Below, in pieces: positions 41,121-54,479 of a stretch of DNA of 64,000 nt. The stretch comes from Octopus sinensis (taxonomy: Eukaryota). The translations under genes were made by a program, and so were the position numbers. Below the pieces are notes generated by a model. It was not told the DNA's origin, searched no databases, and saw nothing but the letters and a program-made list of their open reading frames with translations. The DNA lies in assembly GCF_006345805.1 (NCBI RefSeq), contig NC_043012.1:11160001-11224000 (forward strand). Direction: 5' to 3'. Position 1 is the stretch's first letter. Every line of letters begins with the position of its first letter.

Positions 41121-41883
41121 TAAGAGGTTCATTACCTCGTTTTGTATTTTTCTGTTGAAAAAAAAGCAGAGAATAATGTTTTAGAGAAGCAGAAAATCGG
41201 CGTTTTTTGTCTTCTCCCATTAATATCATCCTTATCACAATTCACCTCATCAATGTCTTTGTCTAGTCCGCAAGCTACTCCGTATCATGCCTTTATGGCA
41301 AAATTTTAAAAATAAAATAGCTTTCTATTCTGAAAGGAAAGCGTGGAGAGGTTGGTTAAGCATCTATCGAGGACAGCCCTGTCTTTCTTTATATAAAAAT
41401 ATTAAATTGTACTTTAAACAATGAATAAATACTCAACGAAAGCAACATCAAAACCGAGTATCTTAAGCGGGCCCACTCATGGTAATTATACCTGGAACCA
41501 TGTGGTTGGAAAGCTAGTTTCTTACCACACAGCCACACCTGCGCCTACACACACACACACAACACACACACACATATTAATTTCAAATTTTGGCACAAGG
41601 CCAGCAGTTTTGGATGAGGGAGTAAGTCGACGACATCGATTCCAGAGCTCACCTGGTACTTATGTTATCGACCCCGAAAGGATAAGATCTAAATCTTCCA
41701 AGAATATTCTTGTCCTGGAAAGGCTTTAGAAAACTACGAACTAACCAGATTGATCCCGTTATTTATATATTTTGTCTATTTATTCATTCATTTATTATCT
41801 TGGTAGGGGAGGTAATCAATTTGCATTCTTTTCAACATGAAAATAAAATTGAAGGCTTCTGAAAAGGGTCAACCTTTCATTAC

Positions 41884-41933
<50 letters not shown>

Positions 41934-41944
41934 CTCTCTCTCTC

Positions 41945-42367
41945 TCTTTTACTCTTTTATTTGTTTCAGTCATTTGACTGTGGCCAGGCTGGAGCACCAC
42001 CTTTAGTCGAGCAAATCGACCCCGGGACTCATTCTTTGGAAGCCTAGTACTTATTCTATCGGTCGCTTTTGCCGAACCGCTAAGTTACGGGGGACATAAA
42101 CACGCCAGCATCGGTTGTCAAGTGATGTTAGGGGGACAAAACACAGACGCACAAGCTTATACACACACATATATATATATACACACACATATATATATAC
42201 ATATATACGACGGGCTTCTTTCAGTTTCCGTCTACCAAATCCACTCACAAGGTTTTGGTCAGCCCGAGGTTATTGTAGAAGACACTTGCCCAAGGTGCCA
42301 CGCAGTGGGAATGAACCCGGAACCATGTGGTTCGTAAGCAAGCTACTTGCCACACAGCCCTTACGCC
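41945..42367 (-). mobile_element. SINE-A full copy
   Basis: Complete architecture. Confidence 0.92.
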
Positions 42368-42464
42368 TATATATATATATATATATCGCCATGTTGAATC
42401 GCTAGCTTCTGCACGCATTTTTTTCTCTCTCTCCTTGTTTCTCTCCGTGTTTATTTTCTGTGTA

Positions 42465-42502
42465 TCTTTCTGTTGAAGAGCGTAGGCTCGAAACGTAAAA
42501 GA
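42465..42502 (+). ncRNA. Type I minimal hammerhead-like motif, A6U variant, within a ~200-bp pLTR-like repeat (about 42395-42595)
   Basis: TCTTT-CTGTTGA-A-GAGC-gtag-GCTC-GAAA-CG-TA-AAAGA: 5-bp stem I, 4-bp stem II, minimal palindromic stem III. Confidence 0.65.
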
Positions 42503-42611
42503 CTTGTTTTATTTATATTCCTGAGCGCCATACTAAACTTGTTTGTTTGACTCCACCTGCCTTCGTCTTTTGTTTATTTTCATAAGCTTCCCGTTATATA
42601 TGTATATATAT

Positions 42612-42659
<48 letters not shown>

Positions 42660-43769
42660 GTGTGTTGTGTGTGTGTGTGTGTTGTGTGTTGTGTGTGTGT
42701 GGTGTGTGTGTGTGTGTGTATGTGTACTCAAACCTTACATATTATTTGCAAATGAACCTGACTTGTAAATACCTAGATTAAGTGCCAGAGATCGACTGGA
42801 AGTATTATATACAAAATACGGCTCTATACATATTATAGTATACAGAAAAGAGGAGTGTATATCATAAGTATATAAAAAATAAAACCGGGATGTATATTAT
42901 ATTATAGATCAATATTGTATTATATACACTGCACTATCATTTAGTAGGTTGACCTCATAAACCGTGAGATACTATAAATTAGCTTTGAGAGTGACGAAGA
43001 TCCTTACCACGCCCCACTAAACACTTAGCCTCTTAATTCATCCCCTCCACACACAGACATACACCCAGAACCAGACCGCATCACGCACACACAAATACAC
43101 ACATTCACACACACACACATATTTATATGTTTTTGTTTTAGGAAATATAATATTTTTCTGTTTCTCTGTATTCAATTGCAGCCGGTACAAACCATCTCTA
43201 GGGACCAACCAATCCTTGCGGACGTCTATCCTTATTTATAACTTCCATATCTACATAGGGATGACAAGCGAACCTCGTAAAAAATTTCGACGATGAGGAA
43301 AAAGCCCTTGTCCTCCTCCTGTTTTTTTCTTTCTTTTAGGTTAAAGACTAATCCGATAGGGGTACGACGATGCGTGAGGCAGCGGCGGCGGCGGTGGTAA
43401 TCCAAGATAGACATCAAAGGTATAAGACACTGGATATGTCATAAATATACATAAATGGTATTTTTAGTCAACTGGGGTAAGCCCCAGCTTGTAAATCTCG
43501 TCTCTATTATAATGCGCCTTTCAACCTGATAGGCGTCGCATGTAAGCGACAGAAATTTGAACAGGTATGTGTTTGAGAGGAGGGTGGGTCGAGAGTGTAT
43601 GCATGCTTTTACACACACTCTGAGGCAGTTTATGAATCACGTACACAGACACAGCAATAGAGACACAACACATATACACGCACATATGCAAGGCGTACAC
43701 GCGTCCATATATATATATCTTCAACATGATAATAATAATAATAATGATAATAATAATAATAATAATAAT

Positions 43770-43975
43770 CCTTTCTGCTGAAGAAACAAGGCCTTGAAAT
43801 TTTGGGAGAAGGGACTAGTCGATTACATCGACCACAGTGTTTCACTGGTACATAATTTATAGACCCCGAAAGTATGAAAAGCAAAGTCGACTTCGGCGGG
43901 ATTCGAACTCAGAACATGAAGACGGATGAAATGCTTCTAAGGATTTTGCCCGGCATGCTAATGACTCTGCCAATT
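43770..43975 (-). mobile_element. SINE-C variant
   Basis: Conserved body and alternative tail; another fragment at about 44000-44110. Confidence 0.8.
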
Positions 43976-44318
43976 CGGTGCCTCACCACCACCAACAACA
44001 ACAATAAGAATCCTTTCTACAATAGGCACAAGGTCTGAAATTTTGACGGAGGCGGAATAGTCGATTATATCGACCCCAGTGTTTCACTGGTACTCATTTC
44101 ATCAACCCTTTAAAAATAAAAGGGCAAATTGGATAAAGTAGGTGTTTGAAATAAATTGTTGTTATTGTTTTTTCTGTTGTTAGCATTTTCTTCTGTACTA
44201 ACTTCTCTAAATTGCTCGATTGTTTGTTATACATCTAAAAAAGTATATTCCTGAACAAAAAGTACTCGACCCACACTCACACTGAAGTAGAGATTAAACC
44301 AAATCCGTCCCCACCTCA

Positions 44319-44391
<73 letters not shown>

Positions 44392-44691
44392 GCTCTCTGC
44401 CCCTTTGCGAACATTCAGAGAATTAGCAATACCAAGAAAAGATAACGCATAACAAAACGTTAGAGCTGTACTCCATACTTTGCATAGAATTTGCGATTTG
44501 TGATTCCCTACCAAAATTTATTAAATTGACTAAAGTTAAACCTACCCAATGGAGGTAAGAACATAAGAGCTCCATCTAGAACATTCTATGCTTCTGCGGA
44601 AGATTTATAAGAGGGAAACAAGACGGAACAGTAAAGTTAGAACAGCGGAACATCAGAATGTCTTAATCTCCAGACAGGGAATACCCGAACA

Positions 44692-44914
44692 TACAATGGG
44701 GTGCTGGAAAGTTCCTGGGTCTGGTTAAAGGAAAATGCAGTGGGATCAGTTAATTATGATTTTATTCAACATGTTCCCCTCTCAGATTTACACACACTTA
44801 TTGCAGCGGTCCTTCAATTTTTCTAAGCTCAGTAAAAGGACTCGGAAGGTTAGACCTCCAACCAGGCCCTTCGCGACATCCTTAAAGCCAGGAACTATTC
44901 AGCATCCCTTAGTA
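44692..44914. mobile_element. Tc1/mariner-type MITE
   Basis: TA...TA ends with imperfect TIRs GGGGTGCTGGAAAGTTCCTGG / CCAGGAACTATTCAGCATCCC. Confidence 0.7.
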
Positions 44915-44983
<69 letters not shown>

Positions 44984-45366
44984 AAGAGACTAAAAACTTG
45001 TTATAAAGCGAAATAATCTTAACCGAAGAAAATCTACAACAGAGACATATAAATCAAGGAAGCAGTTTGTATGCTGTTTACTGATGACCCACTTAGTAAA
45101 CCAATGTTGAATATCGCCTTGATTAATCTTTTCCTGGATGTCAAGCTTCTTTCCTCTTAAAGAGAAGCGGTAGAAAACGGAGATATGTTTACACGTGAAT
45201 GAGCGGAACATTAAAAAGCAATATTACACCTTACGTCGGTAGAACGGCGATAAGATCAAGTCAACAAGAACGTCTCTACGTTCGCTCCGTCTGTTTGAAA
45301 CAGCAGTCGATAGCTGCCACATACTGTTTTTCAAAATATACATATTACCTTAAAAGGAAAGAAATA

Positions 45367-45798
45367 GGATCTTTTCGGTTTGCACGGCAGTTTTTTCTAG
45401 CGGTGTCATATGAAATTGTCACCCATAATTATGACCCTAGTATCGATCTATTGCATTTCAATCTATTTTAGGGTTAGGGTTAGTTAGGGTTAGGGGTGGG
45501 GGAAAGGGTATCTTTTTTCTTCACAAATGTAAATAAACCCAATCTGTTTCTTAAACGAGGGACATATTCATACGGCACAGAATGTTTTTTTTTTTTACCT
45601 CAATAGACGTATTTGATTGGTTGAAATTGCAGAAATTGAAGAAAAAGAACTACAAATATCTTACAAACTATAGAATTTTCTCAATAAAGCCAAGAGAAAA
45701 AGATGTTTTATAAACACATTCTACCAGTATACGAAGTTTAAAAGTTTTTAGTTACCTAGAAATTATGTTAAAAACTGCCGTTCAAAGAAAAAAGATCC
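45367..45798. mobile_element. Merlin-like MITE with internal TTAGGG repeats
   Basis: ~28-bp TIRs starting GGATCTTTTCGGTTTG; perfect 8-bp TSD AAGAAATA. Confidence 0.85.
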
Positions 45799-46505
45799 AA
45801 GAAATATTATATGGAGCAGAACTTTCATAATAAAAAAAGAATATCAACAAACTGACGTGTCAGAGATGTGAACCCGCATCCACGAATTTGATTTACATCC
45901 TTCCAATAAATCCTTGGATATCCCTACTTACTACCAGCACTCACGGCAACAACAGAAGCAGCAGCGGCGTTAACTCGGCCACTTCTGACAACCAATCATC
46001 GTTCAGCTCCAGATTATGTTAACAGACATATTTAGTCGTTAATACAGGAGTAGCAGAAGTAGTAGCAGCAGCAGCAGTAGCAGCAGCAACATTGCTGCGA
46101 CCGACTAAACGGTGGCATCAATTAAAGTTATATCTTGAAACAACTTCAGACTCACTTTTATGGTCTCACAACTTCGTGGTTCCTTGCCATATCCAATGAC
46201 ATTTCACCATCTTCCGTATATTCTTGATGTCGAATGTGGAAGCCTTTTATATGAAACATTAATATTCCTGCCAATCAGTCTTGTCAAAAACATTACTTTA
46301 TCGACAAGTAGATAAGATAGATTTCTCCTTTCTCTGAGTATAATACAATAAAGCCATCTTTAGAATATATTTAGTAAAACATGTTCAGTTGCGTATATAT
46401 TTTCTACAGAGAAATATAGTCGATATTTTCTACAGAGAAATACAATCGATAACGTTTCCAGCCATGACCAACAGGCTGGTCACGGATGGAAACGTTATCG
46501 ATACT

Positions 46506-46888
46506 GGAAGCACTCCGTCGGTTACGACGACGAGGGTTCCGGTTGATCCGATCAACGGAACAGCCTGCTCGTGAAATTAACGTGTAAGTGGCTGAGCACT
46601 CCACAGACACGTGCACCCTTAACGCAGTTCTCGGGGATATTCAGCGTGACACAGAGAGTGACAAGGCCGGCCCCTTGAAATACAGGTACAACAGAAACAT
46701 GAAGTAAGAGTGAGAGAAAGTTGTGGTGAAAGAGTACAGCAGGGATCACCACCATCCCCTGCCGGAGCCTCGTGGAGCTTTTAGGTGTTTTCACTCAATA
46801 AACACTCACAACGCCCGGTCTGGGAATCGAAACCGCGATCCTATGACCCCGAGTCCGCTGCCTAACCACTGGGCCATTGCGCCTCCAC
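46506..46888 (-). mobile_element. SINE-D with tail b
   Basis: Same head and body as 23385, different 3' ~180 bp; TSD-like TAT[C/T]GATACT. Confidence 0.88.
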
Positions 46889-47226
46889 TATTGATACTAC
46901 GTATATTAGGAAAGGGTGGCTTCTTCAGCCTGACGAAGCTGGCCATCGACGAAAGTCCATCCAATATCTCTGTCTACCTAATCCTTATAAAAATCAAGTT
47001 TACTCTTAACTTATACACAATCAGCACATTTCTTTTCAATATTTGAATGTCCTTATGTAGAATTATACATAAAACACCCACATTAGTGGCTGTGTGGTAA
47101 GAAGGCGGCGTTAGAGCGTTGCATACCGTACTATATTGTTCCAACTCCCATGCAGCAAATTCAATTGATAACTGCTTCGCTTTTCTTTCTTCTAGGATCG
47201 ATAATCGAAGTACCAGTAATGTACTG

Positions 47227-47641
47227 GGATCTTTTCGGTTTGAACGGCAGTTTTTTCTAGTGGTGTCATATGAAATTGTCACCCATAATTACGACCCTAG
47301 TATCGATTGCATTTCAAACTGTTTTAGGGTTAGGGTTAGGGTTAGGGGTGGGGGAAGGGTATTTTTTTTCTTCACAAATGTAAATAAACCCAATCTGTTT
47401 CTTAAACGAGGGACATATTCATACGGCACAGAATGTTTTCACCTCAATAGACGTATTTGATTGGTTGAAATTGCAGAAATTGAAGAAAAAAACAACAAAT
47501 ATCTTACAAACTATAGAATTTTCTCAATAAAGCCAAGAGAAACAGATCTTTTATAAACACATTCTACCAGTATACGAAATTTAAAAGTGTTTAGTTACGC
47601 GGAAATTATTTTAAAAACTGCCGGTTAAACCGAAAAGATCC
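47227..47641. mobile_element. Merlin-like MITE with internal TTAGGG repeats (second copy)
   Basis: Same TIRs; perfect 8-bp TSD ATGTACTG at 47219-26 and 47642-49. Confidence 0.9.
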
Positions 47642-47674
47642 ATGTACTGAGGTCAATTGTTTCCCCTACACTCA

Positions 47675-47713
<39 letters not shown>

Positions 47714-47799
47714 CCCGCTTTCTCTCCCCGCTTTCTCTGTCGGAGTCAACCTTTTTTATGCAGTAAGCGGGGTCGTGCGGGACCTTTTACAGTTTTACA

Positions 47800-48250
47800 G
47801 CGTGAAGGGCTATCAAGCTGGTTACTTAAAAACACTGACATGCTTCTGGAACTGTCTAGTGCCAGCTCCGTCAAAGGGTTTGAGTCCATGCATCGCGGCT
47901 CGAACTGAAGTTTGTTCATGAGACTTTGAAAACATACTTGTCCACCAATCAAACGTTTTCTTCCTCCTCTCTGTAAGGAAAAACTGCGTGTAGGAAACTA
48001 GCTCGTTATTCATTCTGGCAATGTAACCAGGCCAATGTATCAGGGTTCTATATAGGCGAGTGTGAGTAATGGATAACACCCTGCGATTGAGGGCTTTACA
48101 ATGTAGGGCTTTATCTTGCCAACGAATGAGCAACAATTTGGGCAGCTAGTTCTGTTGCAATCGATTAAGTTTCTTGGTGATCTTGCTGTAAACAGTTCAC
48201 ATTTCACAGACATACAGCACTCTTTGTAGAACAATAATTGTGCAAAGCTT
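47800..48250 (-). mobile_element. Decayed RTE LINE fragment
   Basis: LYVCEM*TVYSKITKKLNRL...LLIRWQDK...IHWPGYIARM, resembling LLYGCETW / RWAGHVARM. Confidence 0.7.
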
Positions 48251-48471
48251 TAATCTGGTTTGAAGAGTGAAACTCTTTCTCACCCTGGGGGGGGGGGGGG
48301 GAATCTTGCGAAATCTACCATCTGCAACATTGACCATTCTTCAGAGAATATTTTCAAAGTGCGTTAACTTTTTCACCTTAAATAGAGTTTGCTGTTTGGC
48401 GATGCCAGTAGGCTCTCTCTATACACCCCACCACCACATACAAACACACACACACACAACATAGACTCATG

Positions 48472-48502
<31 letters not shown>

Positions 48503-48873
48503 ATATGTATATATATATATGTATATATATACATATGTATATATATATATATATATATATACGAATACATAATTACACTCACTAGCATATACAGGCATAC
48601 TGACATTGCATCTGACACATTGTGTACATGCATTCATTCACACTGACACAGCCATACACAACACTAATGATTACACAAAAGAGTGACGCAGATATACACG
48701 CACAGTCACACTCAACCACTTATAATATAAACACAAATAGATACAACAAAAGTATAAATACGAATATAAAATTTTAATGTCTAACGGTTATTAATTAATT
48801 TCATTAATTATTCATATATTCGTTGAACACTTTTCATTTTCGGATTTTTTAAAATTAGACATTTATTGAGATT

Positions 48874-48904
<31 letters not shown>

Positions 48905-49045
48905 TGGTGTGTGTGTGTATGCTGTGTGTGTGGTGTGTGTGTGTGTATGTGTGTGCGTATGTGTGTGGTGTGTGTGTGTGTGTGATGTGCGTGCCGGTGT
49001 GTGTACATACACATACACACATACTATATGTATATGTATACATAC

Positions 49046-49129
<84 letters not shown>

Positions 49130-49354
49130 CATATACATTTATATATATATCTATGTATGTATGTATATATGTATGTATGTGTATTGGGTCATTCCATATA
49201 TGTTGCGGTTTTTTCAATTGCATGAACTATATGTTGGAAGGGTCGGGGTAAACTACCTGCATCAATTTGCTATCAAAGCAGGTAGTCATTTTACCTTTGC
49301 TTTATTCTTAGTGCAAGTTCTGAAGAGTGCAGTTTGATTTTAGCAGTTATTTTT

Positions 49355-49970
49355 CTAAGTTAGGAGCATATTCGGGTCATTTTGCTTTATGAGTTCAATA
49401 AAGGCAACAACGCAACGGAAAGTGCGAGAGATATTAATGTAGTATATAGGGATTAGACAATAAGCGTAAGCCAATGCAAACAGTGGTTCCAGAAGTCTCG
49501 AGCCGGAAACTACAGCCTAGAAGCCGAGCCTCGTCCCCGAAGATCTGTAGAACTCGACGAAAACGTCTTGCAAATCCTGGTGAAACAAAATCCCATTGTA
49601 AGTTTCGAGGAATTAACAGAGAAGATTGGATTTGGTCATTCAACCTGTTATCGGCACCCACGTAAGGTATTGTTATCTGTTTGGTGGGATATGAAAAGTT
49701 TAGTCCTCTTTGAACTTTGAAACCCAAACCAAACGATAACAAAGGAGATCTGCTACGAGCAGCTCGAACAACCTTAAATCAGCGCTAGAAGGAAAACAAA
49801 CCATCTATGGTTTCAAGCTGGAAGGTGTTCTTCCACTAGGATAATGCTCAGCCACATACAGCGAGGATGACATTCGAAAGACTGGAGCAGTTTGAATGGG
49901 AAACGATGCCCCTCCCACCATATTCGCCCGACATTGCCCCATCTGATTATCATTTATTCTGCAGTCTTCA
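49355..49970 (+). mobile_element. Internally deleted mariner transposase pseudogene
   Basis: LYEFNKGNNATESARDIN, QWFQKSRAGNYSLE, KVLLSVWWDMK, FH*DNAQPH and PPYSPDIAPSDYHLF. Confidence 0.9.
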
Positions 49971-50141
49971 TATATACGTGCGCGCGAAAATACATTTATT
50001 TTATTTTATTTCAATTATTGTACGTCACCTCATAAGGTACACCGTTATCAAGCACTTTAGGCTCAAAAACGTTCTAGCCATGATTACCTTCTCATTTTCT
50101 TTATTCAGACAACATATACTCAAGACTATATTGTCAATTCT

Positions 50142-50450
50142 GTGGAGGCGCAATGGCCCAGTGGTTAGGGCAGCGGACTCGGGGTCGTAGGATCGCAGTT
50201 TTTATTCCCAGACAGGGCGTTGTGAGTGTTTATTGAGCGAAAACACCTACAGCTCCACGAGGCTCCGGCAGGGGGTGGTGGCTATCCCTGTTGTAGTCTT
50301 TCGCCACAACTTTCTCTCACTCTTTCTTCTGTTGGCCTGCTCGCTCAGCCAGCGGAGTGGCGATATTTGAAGGCTAAAACAATGTGAAGCGCATTGTGAC
50401 CAGCGATGTGTTGCAACATCTGATAGCCTGATCGGTCACGTGATGACGTG
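50142..50450 (+). mobile_element. SINE-D with tail c
   Basis: 14-bp TSD ATATTGTCAATTCT at 50128-41 and 50451-64. Confidence 0.92.
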
Positions 50451-50932
50451 ATATTGTCAATTCTACATTTCGTTGTTGTCATTGTCATTACTGATTCTTA
50501 ATACGCCCTGGTAGATTCGAGCGCAAAATATGCTAGACAATTCTGTGTTCGTAATAGGAGAACAACTTCTCCTTTTTACTATGACACTGTATTTATAATG
50601 GACCCGTCTCGTTGGCGCAAGGTATTTTGGGACGTGAGGGTTTCGACATTTTGAGTCTTGTTAGTGAGAATTATCCGAGGTTGACTTAGCCTTTCATCCT
50701 TCGAGGTCGACAAATTAAGTACCAGTTACGACCACTGGGGTCGATGTAATCAACTGAATCCATTTGTCTGTCCTATGTTTAAGAATTTTTTGAGCCTAAA
50801 CGAGTTAGGAATGAGGTTTGTTCGAATACCTTTCTTTCCATCCACCCTTTCTCCCTTTTATATCAAATGAAATAAAAGTTTACTAACACACGTGTGTATG
50901 TAGGTATGTATACACATACACACACGCACGCA

Positions 50933-50974
<42 letters not shown>

Positions 50975-51825
50975 TTCATACGAAGTGACCCACCTCGTTT
51001 GTCAACACCTTTCACCAATTTTAACCAACTATAAGCTGCTTTATTTTATTATATTTAACTTTATAACTAGTTTTCTACTTTTTCTTCTTCTTCTTCTTCT
51101 TCTTCTTCTTCTTCTTCTTCTTCTTCTTCTTCTTCCCTGTATTTGTTTGAAGTTGGTCTTTTACTCTTTCAATTGGAATTTTTGAAATACTTTGTGCTGG
51201 AGGTGAAAGGAGAGGACAGATATTAGTCAGACTATTCCACGGTAGTAACCACCTGAAGGTTTCTACGAATATTTTCACTTACCCACCTTGAAACAACAGC
51301 CAAATTCCCCTCAGATTACACTCTGCTAAATAAAAGTCAGCGCCCCAGCTTGGTCGCAGTCTAATGACTGAAACAAATAAAAGATAAAAGTTAAAACCCT
51401 TCTTTATTAACCATTACGGTTAAGGATACAGAGGGGACGATACAAGGACAGACAAGGGGTCGGTGAACGAATGATTACAATATAAAGATATACATAATTA
51501 AAAAAAATTATAAATGAGCATATAATCGAATGAACAAAAATGGGGTGAGGGACATGGCCGACCCCACAAACCATATTCCAACACTGAATACCTGGTAGAT
51601 ATCCTATGTTCGTTCACACTTAACAAACTTGCTACAGCCTTCCATCTTTTCCGAAACATTCCGTGTGATAGGCATCTCCTCTCCAGCCTTATCTTTTTTT
51701 TTTCATGTGGAAAAGAGAAGAAGAGATAAAGGATAAAAGATAATGTACTGGGTAATGTAATGTGGGAAAAGACAAACGGGATGGTCATTGCTGAAATGTC
51801 TTTCTTTGCATGAAGTTCTCTTTCT

Positions 51826-52239
51826 TATTTCTTTACTACCCACAAGGGGCTAAACACAGAGAGGACAAACAAGGACAGACAAACGGATTAAGTCGATTAT
51901 ATCGACCCCAGTGCGTAACTGGTAATTATTTAACCGACCCCGAAAGGATGAAAGGCAAAGTCAACCTCGGCAGCATTTAAACTCATAACGTAGACAGACG
52001 AAATACCTATTTCTTTACTACCCACAAGGGGTTAAACACAGAGGGGACAAACAAGGATAGACAAACGGATTAAGTCGATTATATCGACCCCAGTGCGTAA
52101 CTGGTACTTATTTAACCGACCCCGAAAGGATGAAAGGCAAAGTCGACCTCGGCGGAATTTGAACTCAGAACGTAACGGCAGACGAAATACGGCTACGCAT
52201 TTCGCCCGATCTGCTAACGTTTCTGCCAGCCCGCCTTTA
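51826..52239 (-). mobile_element. SINE-C dimer (184-bp period)
   Basis: 17-bp TSD CATGAAGTTCTCTTTCT at 51809-25 and 52240-56 encloses both units. Confidence 0.92.
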
Positions 52240-52769
52240 CATGAAGTTCTCTTTCTGTATGTCTGAAACTTAAAACAAGGCGATGCTCCAGCATGGCTGT
52301 AGTCAAATGAGTGAAACGAGTCCATTAGTGACTGAAATAATGGCCATTAATTGTGGCGGTTTAAATACTTTGCAGTATTTAAGATTAACCACAAGATCAG
52401 GAAGGTTTATAGCTTGTGATAGATAAAATCGGAAATCTGAGAAGAAAGTTTGACAATGGTCTTCCTGAATCCTTTACTGAGTTGGTGAGTTTCTACAAGG
52501 GTTCTTTGGTTTGATTGATTCTGGATATGTTCGATCTTATTCCCACCTCCTCAGTCAATCACAACCTTCTCTCTACTTGTTAAAGTAGCGATGAAAGAGT
52601 CAAGAATTAAGCAAAGATTGACAATTGTTGGCGCAACACCACGAAAGCGTATCAATATTAAATAACACAACGTAACACGTTTTGTTTATTTGTATTTTTT
52701 AATGTTCATATATGCATTTTTGCTACTAAATTTAAAAAATCACATTCGTTTTGACGTAACATCGATTTA

Positions 52770-54152
52770 CGTAACATCGTTTTACCAATCCGAGTTTGAT
52801 ATGAAGTTGGGGTAATAAGATTTTGTTGGAATCTACTAGAGGCTGTTTGAGAACATTTAACATTCCTGGTTGCAGTTCCACTCGTGGGGGCCAATGTACT
52901 CTCTTGTAATGATCATCATCAGCTCTGCTTCCCCATAATCAAAGGAAACATGAATACTTTGTGTATCCCCCTTGCAAGCCAAGCAAGAAGGCAAGCATCT
53001 TGAAATCACCACAAACATCCTATTTGAACTCAGCGTAATTTATTTTGTCGAGAAATTCTTTGACATTATCGTAATTTTCTTTCTTCTGTATAGAGTGTGC
53101 AAGAGGCAAAGAAGGATATTTATTTCCATTTTGGAGCAACACTGCTTTGAGACTTCGTGTTGAGCTATCTATAAACAGTCGCCATTCTGCAGAATCATGC
53201 TTGAGTCCAATAGCAGTAAACAAACCAATCACATTTTACAATAACACAGATCCTTAATATTTTCATAGTAAATTTCAAATTCTTCATGGCGTTTCTGGTA
53301 CACAGATGTCTTGCAGTCTTCCCCCAGTAGATTCCATTCCTTCAACCTTGATGAAAGAAGTTAGCAAGACCCAGATCCCTGATTAAATCATCGCTCTGAT
53401 ATGGAAAGTGAGGCTCCGAAGTCGTTCGTGGTACGAAAGGTTCCTCTATTTCTTGGCTGCTGCTACTTGTTGACTCTTCAGATAAAATATTTTCTGGTAG
53501 CAGTGGTACTCGTAAACTGTCATCATGTGGGACAGCTGCTCTAGATGATGGTATGTCTGGATACTGAAGAGCTTGTCTTCCTTTCACTTTTCTGTACTTT
53601 GACACATCGATCATACAAAAGTAACAGTCATCGTGATGGTTCTTTGGCTCTCTCCATACCCTTGGAATGGCAAAAGGCATTGACCTTCCTGTACCTCTTA
53701 ACCATCCTTCTAGGGTAGATCGACAGCTTCCACATATCACATGTGGGGCCCATGGTTTATCCTGGTCATCCATGGGCATCCCGAAATAGAGTCTGTACGT
53801 TGTCCACAATTTGGCACCTTTCAGGACCTTATGTAATACGTGATTTTTTCCAATATAATAACCACATACATAGCCAAAATGTATCTGGAGAATTTTTACA
53901 TACTCTAGTAGCCATCCTGAAAGTAGCAGAACTTAGTAATTGGTCTGAAAGAGAAAATTAGACATACATTTAGTAGCGGAACATTATAACAATACCGAAT
54001 ATATAATAACATTGAAAGTCGACATATTTTTTTAACTGTTGATGATACACAAAAAATAATTTCATTTTTGGAATCAGCAGAAAAAATGGATTGATAAACA
54101 ATAAAAAAAAATACAATAAACAATTTTTTTTTTTGAAAATTTTTACGTTGTG
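52770..54152 (-). mobile_element. Chapaev3-like (CMC superfamily) DNA transposon remnant, 3'-truncated
   Basis: 5' CAC terminus at 54152. Broken ORF with CKNSPDTF(C)YVCG, YFGMPMDDQDKPWAPHVICGSC, VWREPKNHHDDCYFC, WRLFIDSSTRSLKAVLL and DFKMLAFLLGLQGGYTKYSCFL. Superfamily assigned from recalled motifs. Confidence 0.75.
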
Positions 54153-54479
54153 TAATTCAAAGATGTCAATGGTTAATATGTTTTATGTAGAGAACACTGG
54201 CGAGAAATAAATAGGTGGCAAAATGTTATATTAGTCGATAGTTAATACTATTCTTACGGGCAAAATACTATTCTTACAGCAGCATTTCGACCGTCTCAAA
54301 AGAGGCAGTGAGCCGGCAAAATCGTTTGCATACCGGACAAAAAGCTTAGGGGCATTTACTCCGTCTTTATGTTCTGTGTTCAAATTCCAGCGTGGTTGAC
54401 TTTCCTTTCATCCTTTTCGGGGTTGTAGTTACGTACTGGGTCGATATAATCGACTAGTCTTTCTCACAAAATTTCAGGC

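Noticed and set aside
45468-45495. Interstitial telomere or chromosome-fusion scar
   Set aside because: The TTAGGG units are internal to a MITE present twice with different TSDs.
47818-47900. Plus-strand exon candidate REGLSSWLLKNTDMLLELSS
   Set aside because: It lies antisense within a recognisable RTE LINE remnant.
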